A stretch of DNA of 64,000 nucleotides from an uncultured Planctomycetota bacterium (GTDB taxonomy: Bacteria; Planctomycetota; Planctomycetia; Isosphaerales; Isosphaeraceae), in NCBI GenBank assembly GCA_963737655.1, contig CAVTTN010000002.1, positions 5,760,001 through 5,824,000 of the forward strand, in the 5' to 3' direction. The notes beneath the pieces are model-generated. The model ran no database searches. It worked only from the letters and a program-made list of their open reading frames with translations, and had not been told where the DNA came from. Both the position numbers and the translations under genes were made by a program. Each line of letters starts with the position of its first letter. Within the stretch, counting starts at the first letter, position 1. This document shows, in pieces, positions 28,581 through 39,343 of the stretch.

Positions 28581-29124
28581 TCAGTGAGTCGCCTCGGCCG
28601 GAGGGCGGATCATCGTCCCGGGATTGGGGGCGGGGCGGTTGGGCGAGCTTGGGCGAGCCTCGCGGACCTCCGGGGAGGAGTCGGCGACGGCGGTTTCCTC
28701 GACCGGCGCGGCGACCGGCGGGGTCGGGGCCGGGCGGGCGGCCTTCGTCGAGGACTTCGGGCCCAGGGCCAGGGGCCCCCCGGGTCGAACGGCCGTCCAG
28801 GAGCCGAACGCCACGAGGGCGAGGCAAGCGGCGAGACCCAGGGGGATCGGGCGGAACAGGGGGAAGCGGATGGGCCGCTCGCGCCTCCGCTCGCGGATCT
28901 CGCGGGCGAGGTCCGGCCAGAGCGGCCGAGGTTCGGCTAAGGGGACGGCGAAGCCTCCGGCGACCCGGAGGAGGCCGACGGACCGCCTCAGCCCGTCCAG
29001 GCGGCTGCGGCAGTCTCCGCAGCCGATCAGGTGGCGCTCGGCCCTTCGGCGCTGGGCCCGGTGAGCTCCCCCCGGCGAGCAGGGGGAGCCTGGGCCGGGC
29101 CCAGGAGCAGACGTCATTCCACAT
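28581..29124 (-). CDS. Zinc-binding anti-sigma factor (zf-HC2), frameshifted near 29060-29075
   Basis: MWNDVCSWARPRLPLLAGG...RRRAERHLIGCGDCR (HxxxCxxC), then a TM; overlaps the sigma gene stop. Confidence 0.8.
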
Positions 29125-29809
29125 CGCAAGCCTCCTCGGCATCGCCGGGCGTTTCGGGATCGGTCGGGGCGCCCTGACGGCGCTCCCAGTGCTGGCGGAA
29201 CAGGTCGCGGGCCTTGGAGAGCCTCCAGCGGATCGTCGCCTCCCGACGGCCGACGATCGCGGCGACTTCCGCCGAGCTGAACCCCTCCAGGTCTCTCAGG
29301 ACCAAGATCGTGCGGTACGGTACGGGTAAACGATCGAGAACGAAGCGGACTTCCTGCACCAATTCTTCGCGGAGCCGGGGGTCGGGGTCGGGCACGTCGA
29401 TGGCCCGGGCCGCCCCGGGGCGGGGCCGGTCGATCGACGAGGCCGGGGGGCCGTCGTGGCGGCGGAGCTGGTCCAGCCCCAGGTTCACCCCCACCCGGAA
29501 CAGCCAGGGGCCGAACCGGCGGGACGTGTCGAACCGATCCAACCGATTGTAGACTTTCCAGAACGTTTCCTGGGCGAGGTCGCGGGCGAGCTCCTCGTCG
29601 TGGACGAGGCGATACAGGACGCGGAGGAGCTTGCGTTCGTAGCGGGCGACGAGGACGGCGAAGGCCGAGTCGTCGCCGTCTCGGGCGAGCTCGACGAGCC
29701 GGGCGTCCCCGGCGTCCTCGGGTCGAGGCGAGGGGGCAGGAGAGGCCTCGGCGCCTCGACGGGTCGTGTGGTCCGGCCCGGGACGGCCCGGATCGGCGGA
29801 ATTCCGCAT
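29114..29809 (-). CDS. ECF-type sigma-70 factor
   Basis: GDDSAFAVLVARY, DLAQETF, FGPWLFR, LRDLEGFSSAEVA. Confidence 0.92.
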   Translation of the reverse strand: MRNSADPGRPGPDHTTRRGAEASPAPSPRPEDAGDARLVELARDGDDSAFAVLVARYERKLLRVLYRLVHDEELARDLAQETFWKVYNRLDRFDTSRRFGPWLFRVGVNLGLDQLRRHDGPPASSIDRPRPGAARAIDVPDPDPRLREELVQEVRFVLDRLPVPYRTILVLRDLEGFSSAEVAAIVGRREATIRWRLSKARDLFRQHWERRQGAPTDPETPGDAEEACDVE

Positions 29810-29894
29810 CGCATGTCCCTCCGGCCGCGCAGTATCATACGGGGGCGGGCCTCTCCGCGTTGGAGGTTTTTCCGGGATCGGATCGTCGCCCGCC

Positions 29895-30828
29895 ATGCCC
29901 GGCCCGTTTCTGGACGTCCGGCCGTGCCCCGAGGAGGACCGCCCCGCCGCCCTGGCGGTGCTGTACCGGCGGATGCCGGAGTCCCTGCGCCCCCGGCTCG
30001 TCCGCGACGCCCTGGAGGACGCGGCCGACGGGCTGATCGACCTGACGGGCCTCTGGGTGGCGTCGGCCCGGGGCCGGATCGCCGGCGTCCTGCTCTCCCA
30101 GACGCTGGTGGGCCAGGCCGGGGCGGTCTGGGCCCCGGAGGTCGTCTCGCCGTGGGGCCGGCGGCGAGTGGCCGCGGCCCTGGTCCGCTCGGCCCTGGAG
30201 GACATGACCCGTCGCGGCCTGCGGATCGCCCAGGCCCTGGTCGATCGCACCGGCCCGAGGTCCGCCAGCGGCGACCTGATCCGCGGTGGGATGCCCCGAG
30301 TTACCCATCTAACCTACATGGCCCGCCCGACCAAGACGCCGCTGCTCCTCCCTCCCTCCACCCCGCAATTCCGGTGGGCGAGCTACGGGCCGGAGACCGA
30401 CGGCGAGTTCCGGGCCATCCTGGGGGCGACCTACGAGGGCAGCCTGGACATGCCCGAGCTCGAAGGGGTCCGCTCGCTCGATGACGTCCTGGCCAGCCAC
30501 CAGGCCAGCGGCCGGTTCGACCCGAGGCGATGGCGGATCGGCCGGCTCGACGGCGAGCCCGAGGCCGGCGGGATCGTGTTGTTGACCGATCAGCCCGAGC
30601 GCGAGTCGTGGGAGGTCGCCTATCTCGGCCTGGCCCCCAGGGCAAGAGGGCGAGGGGCTCGGCCGGGCCGCCCTGGCCCATGCCCTGGACCTGGCCCGGG
30701 GGATCGTCCCTCGCCTGGAGCTCGCCGTGGACGCCCGCAACAAGCCGGCCGAGCGGCTCTATCGCAGGGCCGGGTTCGTCCCGTTCGACAAACGGGCCGT
30801 CCACCTGAAGATCCTGGCCGCTCCGTAG
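29895..30828 (+). CDS. Tandem GNAT acetyltransferase (frameshift ~30655)
   Basis: VAYLGLAPRARGRG/LGRA...LAVDARNKPAERLYRRAGF. Confidence 0.82.
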
Positions 30829-30883
30829 TGGGGTCGAGCGGGGGCGGCCCGCCGAGGACGCGAGATCCTTGCTTTGGGGAGAA

Positions 30884-31006
30884 CTCCAGGCAATTCACCA
30901 CCAAGCCACAAAGAGCACGAAGGAGGACACAAAGAAGAGCGTGGATTGGGTACGTCTTTGTGGCTTCCTTCGTGCTCTTTGTGGCTTCGTGGTGAATTGC
31001 CTGGAG
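30884..31006. repeat. Long inverted repeat (about 50-bp arms), CACAAAG/CACGAAG family
   Basis: CTCCAGGCAATTCACCACCAAGCCACAAAGAGCACGAAGGA... and near-perfect inverse ending at 31006. Confidence 0.85.
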
Positions 31007-31522
31007 GTTTCTCCGGAGCGCGAGACCCGGCATCGCTTGCCCGCGACGGCCGACCCCACGTTCGGAATCATCGCGAGCGACGCCCTCGACGATCACCCAA
31101 TCCGCCGGCCTCGCCATGCTTCGGGACCAATTCCTAACATCAACACAACTTCCCTTGGAAAATCGTGGATTCAATGCGGCCCCTCGAAATGTCCGCGACC
31201 GGGGCGGGTTTCGGGCCGGTCGGGTCGCGGAGCGATTGGCCGCATCCCCTGAAATGCCCGGAGCTTGCGATTTTCTCATCATGATCTGCGAACATGCGGT
31301 GAATTGTGTGCGCACGACCGACTGCGCACGCGAATCCGGCCTGATTTCCGACCTTTTCGCGATTTTTCGACGAAAAGTGTCGTCAACTTCCCGGCGATGG
31401 ACTCTTGCCGACCTTTGATTTATCCAATTTTTGTTCATGCTAATCTATGATAGCTTATCGGAGTCCAAGATCAGGAGGAACGCAGGCTTCCCATTTCTCC
31501 CGATCACACCAGACCAACGGCG

Positions 31523-31610
31523 GGGTGGCATGCTGACGTCCGCGTAAGCATGTCTTCGATTCGGGCCGCATCCTCGAAGACATGCTTACGCGGACGTCAG
31601 CATGCCACCC
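31523..31610. repeat. REP-like inverted doublet, GGGTGGCATG family
   Basis: Perfect 37-bp inverted repeat, 31523-31559 / 31574-31610. Confidence 0.88.
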
Positions 31611-31752
31611 GGCCAGCCACCCCGGAAGTCTCGATTCGAGAGTGGGGCGGGCCGTCCCTCTCGCCGCGAGAAGGGATGTCCAGGACCGGCCGTTTCGGAT
31701 ACAATGGAACAGTAGTTTCGAGGGATTTCGCGACCCGGGAGGGATCGACCCC

Positions 31753-34430
31753 GTGAGCACCGCCTTGCCGCCGCAGATGCCGCACCTGCCGACCCCTCCG
31801 CTGAACATCGAAGAAGAGCTGAAGGAAAGTTATCTCAATTATGCGATGTCGGTCATCGTCAGCCGGGCCCTGCCGGACGTCCGCGACGGCCTGAAGCCCT
31901 CGCAGAGGCGCATCCTGGCGGCGATGCTCGACCTGGGCCTCACGCCCGGGGGCTCGACCAGCAAGTGCGCGGGCATCGTCGGCGAGACGATGAAGCGCTA
32001 TCACCCGCACGGCGACAACTCGATCTATCCCACCCTGGCGAGGATGGCCCAGTGGTGGAACATGAGGCATATCCTGATCACCGGGCAGGGGAACTTCGGG
32101 TCGATCCACGGCCTGCCGCCGGCGGCCATGAGGTACACCGAGGCGAAGCTCAGCCCGGTGGCCGCCGAGATGCTGGAAGACATCAGGCTCGACACGGTGG
32201 ACTTCCAGCCGAGCTACGACGAGAAGCACTCCGAGCCCCGCGTCCTGCCGTCGAAGTTCCCGAACCTGCTCGTGAACGGCTCGGGCGGGATCGCGGTGGG
32301 GATGGCGACGTCGATCCCGCCCCACAACCTCGGCGAGGTCTGCTCGGCGGTCGTCGCCCTGATCGACAACCCGGCGATCACCCTGGACGAGCTCCTGGAC
32401 CACATCCCCGCGCCGGACTTCCCCACCGGGGGCACCATCTGCGGCCGGTGGGGCAGCCGGCAGGCGTATGAGACCGGCCGGGGGAAGGTCATCGTCCGCG
32501 CCAAGTACGAGATCGAGGAGCACAAGGACGGCCGCTCGCAGATCATCTTCACCGAGATCCCCTACCAGCTCACGAAGGAGCCCCTGCTCAAGAAGCTGGC
32601 CGAGCTCGTCAACGACGGCCGGATCACCGGGGTGACGGACGTGGTGGACGAGTCCGACCGCAAGCAGCCGGTGCGGATCGTGGTGAAGGTCAAGAAGGGG
32701 GAGGACGCCAACGTCATCCTCAATCAGCTCTTCCAGTTCTCCCCGCTCCAGGACTCGTTCAGCATCATCATGCTGGCCCTGGTCGATGGACGGCCGCGGA
32801 CGCTCCCGCTGAAGGAGCTCCTGCGGCTGTTCGTGGAGCACCGGGTCACGGTGATCCGCCGGAGGACGCAGTTCCTCCTGAAGCGCGAACGGGCCCGGCC
32901 CACGTCGTTGAGGGGCTGTTGATCGCCCTGCACTACATCGACGAGATCATCCGGGTGATCCGCTCGTCGGCCAACCCGCCGGAGGCCCGGGCGCGATTGA
33001 TGGGCATGGAGGTCTCGGCCCAGGTCCTCCAGAGGGCCCTGGACGACCCCAACGCCCGGGCCGCCGCGAGCCTGACGAAGTTCCAGGCCGACGCCATCCT
33101 CGCCATGAGGCTCCAGCAGCTCACCGGGCTGGAGGCCGACAAGCTCGTCAGCGAGTACCGGGCCCTGAAGGCCGACATCGCCGGCTACGAGGCCATCCTC
33201 GCCGACGAGCACCGCATCCTCGCCATGATCCAGGACGACATGCGCGAGCTGAAGGCCAAGTACGCCGACGGCCGCCGGAGCCTGGTCTCCGACGAGGAGC
33301 TCGGCGACTACGACAAGGAATTGCTGATCCGCGAGGAGTACATGGTGGTGACCGTCACCAACGACGGCTACATCAAGAGGCTCCCGCCCAGCACCTACCG
33401 GGCCCAGGGTCGCGGCGGACGCGGCGTCTCGGCCACGAACACGCGCGAGGGCGACTTCCTCGAACACATGTTCGTGGCATTGACCCACGATTATATTCTT
33501 TTCTTCACCGATCGCGGCAAGGTCTACTGGCTGAAGGTGTATGACATCCCGATGGCCTCGCGCACGAGCGGAGGCCGGGCGATCGTCAACCTGCTGCAAC
33601 TGGGCGAGGGGGAGAAGATCACCGGGCTGATCCCGGTCCGCGAGTTCTCCGAGGACGAATGCCTGTTCATGGTCACCCGGCGGGGGACGGTCAAGAAGAC
33701 CGACCTGACCGCGTTCCGGAGGCCCCTGGGCCGGGGGATCATCGCCCTTGGCCTGGACGAGGGGGACCAGCTGATCGGGGTGGCCCGGACCCGGAGCGGG
33801 GACCAGGTCGTCCTCTCCACCCGGGACGGCATGGCGATCCGGTTCGACCAGACGGACGTCCGGTCGATGGGCCGTCAGGCGTATGGCGTGAAGGGGATCA
33901 ACCTGGAAGAGGGGGACGAGGTGATCGGGATGGTCGTCGCCAGCGGCCAGGACGACGCGGCGAGCCTCCTGACCGTCTGCGCCAAGGGCTACGGCAAGAG
34001 GACGGCCCTGACGGAGTACCGGAGCCAGTCCCGGGGCGGCAAGGGTCTCATTGACATCAAGACGACCGACCGCAACGGCCCGGTCGTGGCGATCGCCAAG
34101 GTGACCGACGCCGATGAGGTCATGCTCACGACGACCGGAGGGATGGTCATCCGCACGAAAGTGGCGGACATCAGCACGATCGGCCGGAACACCCAGGGCG
34201 TCCGCCTGATCCGGGTCGAGGAGGGGGACACGGTCGGCTCGCTCGCGAAGCTGCCCGAGGACGAGCTCAACGGCGGAGACGAGCTGGAGGGCCTGCCCGA
34301 CGAGGCCCCGGCCCCCTCGGCGGCCGACGGCGACGGCCACCCGCCCCACATCCTCGACGACGGCGTGGGCCGGGCGGAGGCCGAGGACCACATCGACGAC
34401 CCGGACGCCAACGGCGAGCCCGACGCCTGA
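31753..34430 (+). CDS. gyrA: DNA gyrase subunit A (frameshift ~32898)
   Basis: [25 protein letters not shown], GyrA-box-like QGRGGRG, beta-pinwheel repeats; one added G restores [12 protein letters not shown]. Confidence 0.95.
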
Positions 34431-34480
34431 TCGCGATGCGCCGGGCCGGGCCGGGCCCGGCCGTGTTGACGTGATGATCC

Positions 34481-34516
34481 GGTTGGCATGCTCGCGGAGA
34501 CGTGGGCATGCCAACC
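34481..34516. repeat. Single palindrome of the GGTGGCATG family
   Basis: GGTTGGCATGCTCGCGGAGACGTGGGCATGCCAACC. Confidence 0.65.
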
Positions 34517-34525
34517 CCGCCCCGA

Positions 34526-34900
34526 TCACCCGCGCCGGCCTCGTCCGAGGAGATGGACGATCGTGCCGACCGCCGCGCCGATGAGGATGCCCCACCCGCA
34601 GGTGACGAAGTAGAACCCGAACGGGCCGAGCAGGAGGGCCCGGTCTTGCTCGTCCGCGAGCGAGGGCCATCCCTGGCCGGAGGCCGCGCGGATCGCGGCG
34701 AGGACGGCGCCGATCCCGAGGAGGAGGGCGGCCGGGGGCCCGGCGATCAGGGTGGTCCACTTCAGGCCGAAGCCGACCCCTCGGCGGACCGACCGGCCGA
34801 GGATGCCCGGCGGCTCGTCGGCGGGTCGGGCGTCGTCCGCGAGGGGGGCGGCCTAGGGGTTCGCGAGGCCCTCGCCCGGGGCCGAGCCGGCGGCGGGGCC
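34526..34900 (-). pseudogene. Degenerate small membrane protein gene
   Basis: Reads ANP*AAPLADD...LIAGPPAALLLGIGAVLAAI...FYFVTCGW/GILIGAAVGTIVHLL; in-frame TAG at ~34854 where an NPYxxP Tyr is expected, plus a frameshift ~34590. Confidence 0.5.
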
Positions 34901-34916
34901 CGGCCCCGCTCCCCCC

Positions 34917-35642
34917 TCATTTCTTCTTCTTCTTCAGGGCCTCGGCTTCCTCGCACTTCAGGAGCGTGGTCTTGCCGTCGAGGTACCACTTGCCTTCGAG
35001 ATAGATCATGGCGAGGTGGAGGATGTAGGGCGGAGGGGCGGGGGCGTCTCCCCCGGGTGAGGGGGCGATCAGGCTGGCCTGGGCGTCGAGCGGGACGTCG
35101 GTGACCAGCTCCGAGGGCGGCACGAGGCTGACCATGATGTTCTCGCTCGTGCCGGTGCCGTTGTCGCCGACCCGGGGCCGGAAGGTCTCGACCCACTTGG
35201 CCACCTCCCCCTGCGACCCGCCGGAGGCCATGTCGTTCAGGGTGTTCATGTCCTTGTCGATGAACGCCCTGGCGACCACGTTCATCTTCATGAGGAGCCG
35301 TTCCTCGTTGCTCAGCGCCGGCGGCTTCATGTTCATGAAGCCGACGTAGGCCGCGCCGAGCAGGACCAGGCCGCCGAGGGTGTACCAGACGGCCCGGGGC
35401 AGCTCGCTGATCTTCTCGGCGACGATCCCGATCGGGTCGAGCGGCTCGTTGTCGGGCCGGGCCTTCTTGCCGGCCTTGCCGCCCTTGCCCCCCCGGGACG
35501 ACGGGGGCTCGCCCAGGACGGGCTTGCCGGTGGCATCGAGATAGAAGACCGCGTCACACTTCTTGCAATGCATCCGGGTGTTGAGCCGATCCAGAGGGAC
35601 GTTGCCCCTCCGTCCGCAGCTCGGACACGACATCGGGATCAT
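34917..35642 (-). CDS. Zinc-ribbon + TM hypothetical protein
   Basis: MSCPSCG...HCKKCD, one TM, C-terminal domain ending GKWYLDG. Confidence 0.75.
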   Translation of the reverse strand: MIPMSCPSCGRRGNVPLDRLNTRMHCKKCDAVFYLDATGKPVLGEPPSSRGGKGGKAGKKARPDNEPLDPIGIVAEKISELPRAVWYTLGGLVLLGAAYVGFMNMKPPALSNEERLLMKMNVVARAFIDKDMNTLNDMASGGSQGEVAKWVETFRPRVGDNGTGTSENIMVSLVPPSELVTDVPLDAQASLIAPSPGGDAPAPPPYILHLAMIYLEGKWYLDGKTTLLKCEEAEALKKKKK

Positions 35643-36052
35643 GAAGGCGCTCCGAAGTGGCGGACCCGCATCGCCCCGGGGCCTCGGTCCCCGGGGAGCC
35701 TCATTGTCGGCGGCCGGAGGAGGCCGCCGTCCTCGCCCTGTGCTAGCGTCGGATGCCCTTATTGTGGCATGGGGCGTGCCGAACTTCGAGTCCCCAGTGT
35801 CGGACTTCTCGACGATCCTGCCCATCGCGCGGTCCCCCTGGCCCGTGGACGCGCCGATCCGGGCCCAGGCCCGGACGGTCTTGCCCGATCCGCCGCCGTG
35901 GGATAGGGTGGCGTCCCTCCCGGCCTGAGCTGGCCCGGCCCGGCCCGACGAACCTCGGCGGGCGATCCCGAGGGGAACCCTAGGTCCGGGTCCGGCGCGG
36001 CGCCCGGCGAATCGTCCGAGACCGAGACCGCGTCCTCCGAGGCGAGCCCGTC

Positions 36053-37024
36053 ATGCGAGCCCTGATCACCGGAGCGACCGGATTCGTCGGCGGCCACCTG
36101 GTCGAGCACCTGGCCGACCGGGGCGACTCGATCGTCGGCCTGTCGGCCTCGGGGCGATGGCCCGACCCCCTGGCGCACCTCGGGCGCTCGCCCGGCTCGA
36201 GGCCTGCGACCTGGCCGACGTCGATCCGGCCGACCTGGCCGACCGGATCGCCCGGAAGCAGCCCGAGGCGATCTATCACCTCGCCGCCCAGGCCAACCCC
36301 CAGGCCAGCGTGGCCGACCCCCGAGGCACCTGGGCCCTGAACCTCGGCGGCACCCTGAATCTGCTCGAGGCGGTGAGGGCCTCGGGCCTGGCGCCGAAGG
36401 TCGTGATCGTCGGCTCGGGCGTCTCCTACGGCAACCCCCCGCCGGAGCTCCTGCCGGTGGGCGAGTCCTGCCCCCTGAGGCCGAACAACCCGTACTCGGC
36501 GAGCAAGGCCGCGGCCGACCTGCTGGGGATCCAGCACTTCCTCGGCCTGGGCACGCTCTCGGTGATGGTCCGCCCGTTCAACCACGCCGGGCCGAGGCAG
36601 TCGTCCACCTACGTCCTCGGCGGGCTGGCCCGGCAGGTGGCCGAGGTCGAGGCTCGGGATCAAGCCCCGGGTGGAGGTCGGCAACCTGGAGATCGTCCGC
36701 GACTTCACCGACGTCCGGGATGTCGCCAGGGCCTACCGCCTCCTCGCCGAAGACGGCCAGCCGGGCGAGATCTACAACCTCGGGACCGGCCGGGGGACCA
36801 AACTGGCCGACGCCCTGGAGTTCCTCAAGACCAGGGCGAAGGTGCCGATCGAGGTCTTCGTCGATCCGGCGAGGGTCCGGCCCGTCGATCAGCCCTTGCT
36901 CGTGGCGGACGCGACCAAGCTCCGCCAGGCCGTCGGCTGGGAGCCCCGGTTCACGATCGAGCAGACCCTCGCGGACATGCTCGACGGCTGGAGGGCCACG
37001 CTCTCCAGGCCGTCGGGTGCATGA
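36053..37024 (+). CDS. GDP-sugar epimerase/dehydratase (Rmd/Gmd-like SDR); frameshifts ~36185 and ~36652
   Basis: [46 protein letters not shown]. Confidence 0.88.
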
Positions 37025-37164
37025 AATGCACCAACCTCACGGCGGGCGAAGCCCGCCCACCGCGTCTCGGGACGTCCTGCCCTCAAAAGGAGGGCGGCCG
37101 GTGGCCGCCGCAGGGTTGGTGCATTTCATGCACCCGACATGACGGTGCATTTCATGCACCCGAC
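37012..37164. repeat. GTAG/GTCG-type REP cluster (one forward, two inverted)
   Basis: GTCGGGTGCATGAAATGCACC at 37012; inverse copies at 37118 and 37144. Confidence 0.88.
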
Positions 37165-37706
37165 GGGGATTTGAACCACCACAGCAAGAACGCCCCCTGA
37201 GCGGCCACCACGGCGGCGAAGGGCAGGAGGAAACCGAGCTTCCTCGTCTTATGTCGGAGAGTGAGCATCGCCAGGAGGGCCGCCGGGGAGCCGCCGATCA
37301 GGGCCAGCCCCAGCAGCACGAGCTCGGGGACTCGCCGTCTCTGGCGGAGGGCCCGGTGCTTGTCCCAGGCATAGACGGCCGCCGTCGTGGCGTTGACGGC
37401 CCCGAGCCAGGCCCAGAGGCCCGAGACGTACATCCCCAGGACGGCCGATCCGCCCACCACGGCGCCGATCAGCCCGACCGCGGCGAATTGCGACGGGGTC
37501 AAGGACCTCCGCCCCGGCTCCACGCGGGTGGCCCTCGGGCCCTTCTCGGTCGGTTCGGCCAGGAACCGGACGATCTGGCCGACTCGCAACCGCGCGCCCC
37601 CCTCCACGGCCGAGGCGTGGACGAAGACGTCCTTGGGATACCCCCGGGCCCGGACGAAGCCGAAGCCCTTGGCCTCGTCGAAGCTGACGACCACCCCGCG
37701 ATCCAT
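37152..37706 (-). CDS. Cold-shock domain + DUF1294 membrane protein
   Basis: KGFGFV...DVFVHAS; YAWDKHRA...RRVPE...GGSPAA...RHKTRK. Confidence 0.9.
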   Translation of the reverse strand: MDRGVVVSFDEAKGFGFVRARGYPKDVFVHASAVEGGARLRVGQIVRFLAEPTEKGPRATRVEPGRRSLTPSQFAAVGLIGAVVGGSAVLGMYVSGLWAWLGAVNATTAAVYAWDKHRALRQRRRVPELVLLGLALIGGSPAALLAMLTLRHKTRKLGFLLPFAAVVAAQGAFLLWWFKSPSGA

Positions 37707-37835
37707 CGTCTTCAATCCTTTCGCCCCGGCCGAAGGAGGTTTGCGGTCCCGCCCCGGCCATGATACCGTCACCTCCGTCGAGGCCCACGGCCCTCCCTCC
37801 TCTCCCCTCCCGAATCGGCCCGCGAGCGCGCCCTC

Positions 37836-39251
37836 ATGACGAGCCCGGACTCCTTTCCCCCCGCGCCCTCCCCGCTGGACCGGGCCCGGGCCAAGGCCTA
37901 CCGGAGGCTGCTGCCCATCTTGTTCGCCTGCTACGTGATCGCGTATGTCGATCGCAACAACCTCTCGATCGCGATCGAGACGATGCGGCAGGACATGCCG
38001 GCCTTTGACAACGACGTCCTCGGCACCGGCGCCGGCGTCTTCTTCCTCGGCTACTTCCTCCTGGAGATCCCCGGCAGCATCCTGGTGGAGAAGTGGTCGG
38101 CGAGGAAGTGGATCAGCCGGATCATGGTCTCGTGGGGGATCGTCGCGGCCCTGACGGCCCTGGTCAAGACCCCGGGGCAGTTCTACGCGCTGAGGTTCAT
38201 CCTCGGGCTGGCCGAGGCGGGGTTCTTCCCCGGGGTGATCGTCTACCTGACCCACTGGTTCCCCAACCGGGACCGGACCCGGGCCCTGGCCTGGTTCCTG
38301 ATCGGCACGCCGGTGGCCCAGGCGATCAGCCCGCTGATCTCCTATCCCCTGCTGTCGATCGGCACGGTCGTCAAGCCCGACGGGACGATGGTCAGCAACC
38401 CGCTGGCGCCCGGCCTCCACGGCTGGCAGTGGGTGTACATCGCCTGGGGGATCCCGGCGGTGGTCCTGGGCCTGGTCGTCCTGGGGGCCCTGACCGACCG
38501 GCCGAAGGACGCCCGATGGCTCGACCCCGAGGAGCGCGACGCCCTGGAATCGGAGCTGGAGCGCGAGAGGGCCGAGAAGGCCGGGGGCAATCGGCACATG
38601 AGCCTGGGCCAGGCGCTGAAGAACCCCAAGGTCCTGATCCTGGCCGCCGCGTACTTCTTCATCGTCACGGGCAATTACGGCGTCGAGTTCTTCCTGCCGA
38701 CGATCCTGGGCAAGTGGTTCACGCTCACCAACACGCAGAAGATGGGGCTGCTGGTCCTGCCGGCGGCCGGGTCGCTCGTCGGCCAGCTCTTCATCGGCTG
38801 GAACTCCGACCGGACCAAGGAGAGGAAGGCCCACGCCGCGATCCCGATCTACCTCGGCGCCGCGGCCCTGGCGCTGACGGTCGTGGCCCGCCACCCCCTG
38901 CCCCTGATGATCGTCCTGTTCACCGTGGCGGCCTCGGGCCTGAAGGCGTACCTGCCGGCATTCTGGTCCCTGCCCAGCCTGTTCCTGACCTCCACGGCCG
39001 CCGCCGGGAGCATCGGCCTGATCAACTCCGTGGGCAATCTCGGCGGGTTCGTCGGCCCCAAGGCGATGGGCTATCTCAACAAGTGGATGGAACAGAAGAT
39101 GAAGGACGGCACCCTGCCCACGGACTTCAACGCCTACATGCCCGGCATCCTCGTCCTCTGCGCCTCCATGACCATCGCCGCCACGATCATCCTCCTCCTG
39201 CCCATCGCCCGACGCCCCTCGGAAAAGCCTTCGCCCCTCGACGCCCCGTAG
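37836..39251 (+). CDS. MFS transporter (anion:cation symporter family)
   Basis: AYVDRNN, FFLGYFLLEIPG, LGLAEAGFFPG, GLINSVGNLGGFVGP. Confidence 0.93.
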   Translation: MTSPDSFPPAPSPLDRARAKAYRRLLPILFACYVIAYVDRNNLSIAIETMRQDMPAFDNDVLGTGAGVFFLGYFLLEIPGSILVEKWSARKWISRIMVSWGIVAALTALVKTPGQFYALRFILGLAEAGFFPGVIVYLTHWFPNRDRTRALAWFLIGTPVAQAISPLISYPLLSIGTVVKPDGTMVSNPLAPGLHGWQWVYIAWGIPAVVLGLVVLGALTDRPKDARWLDPEERDALESELERERAEKAGGNRHMSLGQALKNPKVLILAAAYFFIVTGNYGVEFFLPTILGKWFTLTNTQKMGLLVLPAAGSLVGQLFIGWNSDRTKERKAHAAIPIYLGAAALALTVVARHPLPLMIVLFTVAASGLKAYLPAFWSLPSLFLTSTAAAGSIGLINSVGNLGGFVGPKAMGYLNKWMEQKMKDGTLPTDFNAYMPGILVLCASMTIAATIILLLPIARRPSEKPSPLDAP

Positions 39252-39268
39252 GATGCATGAAAGGCACC
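39248..39268 (+). repeat. GTAG-type REP overlapping the MFS stop codon
   Basis: GTAGGATGCATGAAAGGCACC. Confidence 0.7.
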
Positions 39269-39343
39269 AACCACCGACACGCGGCGGTCGCCAGGCCGCC
39301 TCCCTCCTCCTCGGGTCGGCTCCGTGAGGCACGGGACCGGGGA

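Noticed and set aside
32880..32920. Programmed frameshifting or split gyrase genes
   Set aside because: No common slippery motif, both +1 and -1 events occur across unrelated genes, and they fall mainly in homopolymers.
31523..34516. gyrA bracketed by two family-A palindromes as a composite mobile unit
   Set aside because: The family is common in the window's intergenic regions and the two copies differ, so chance placement is sufficient.
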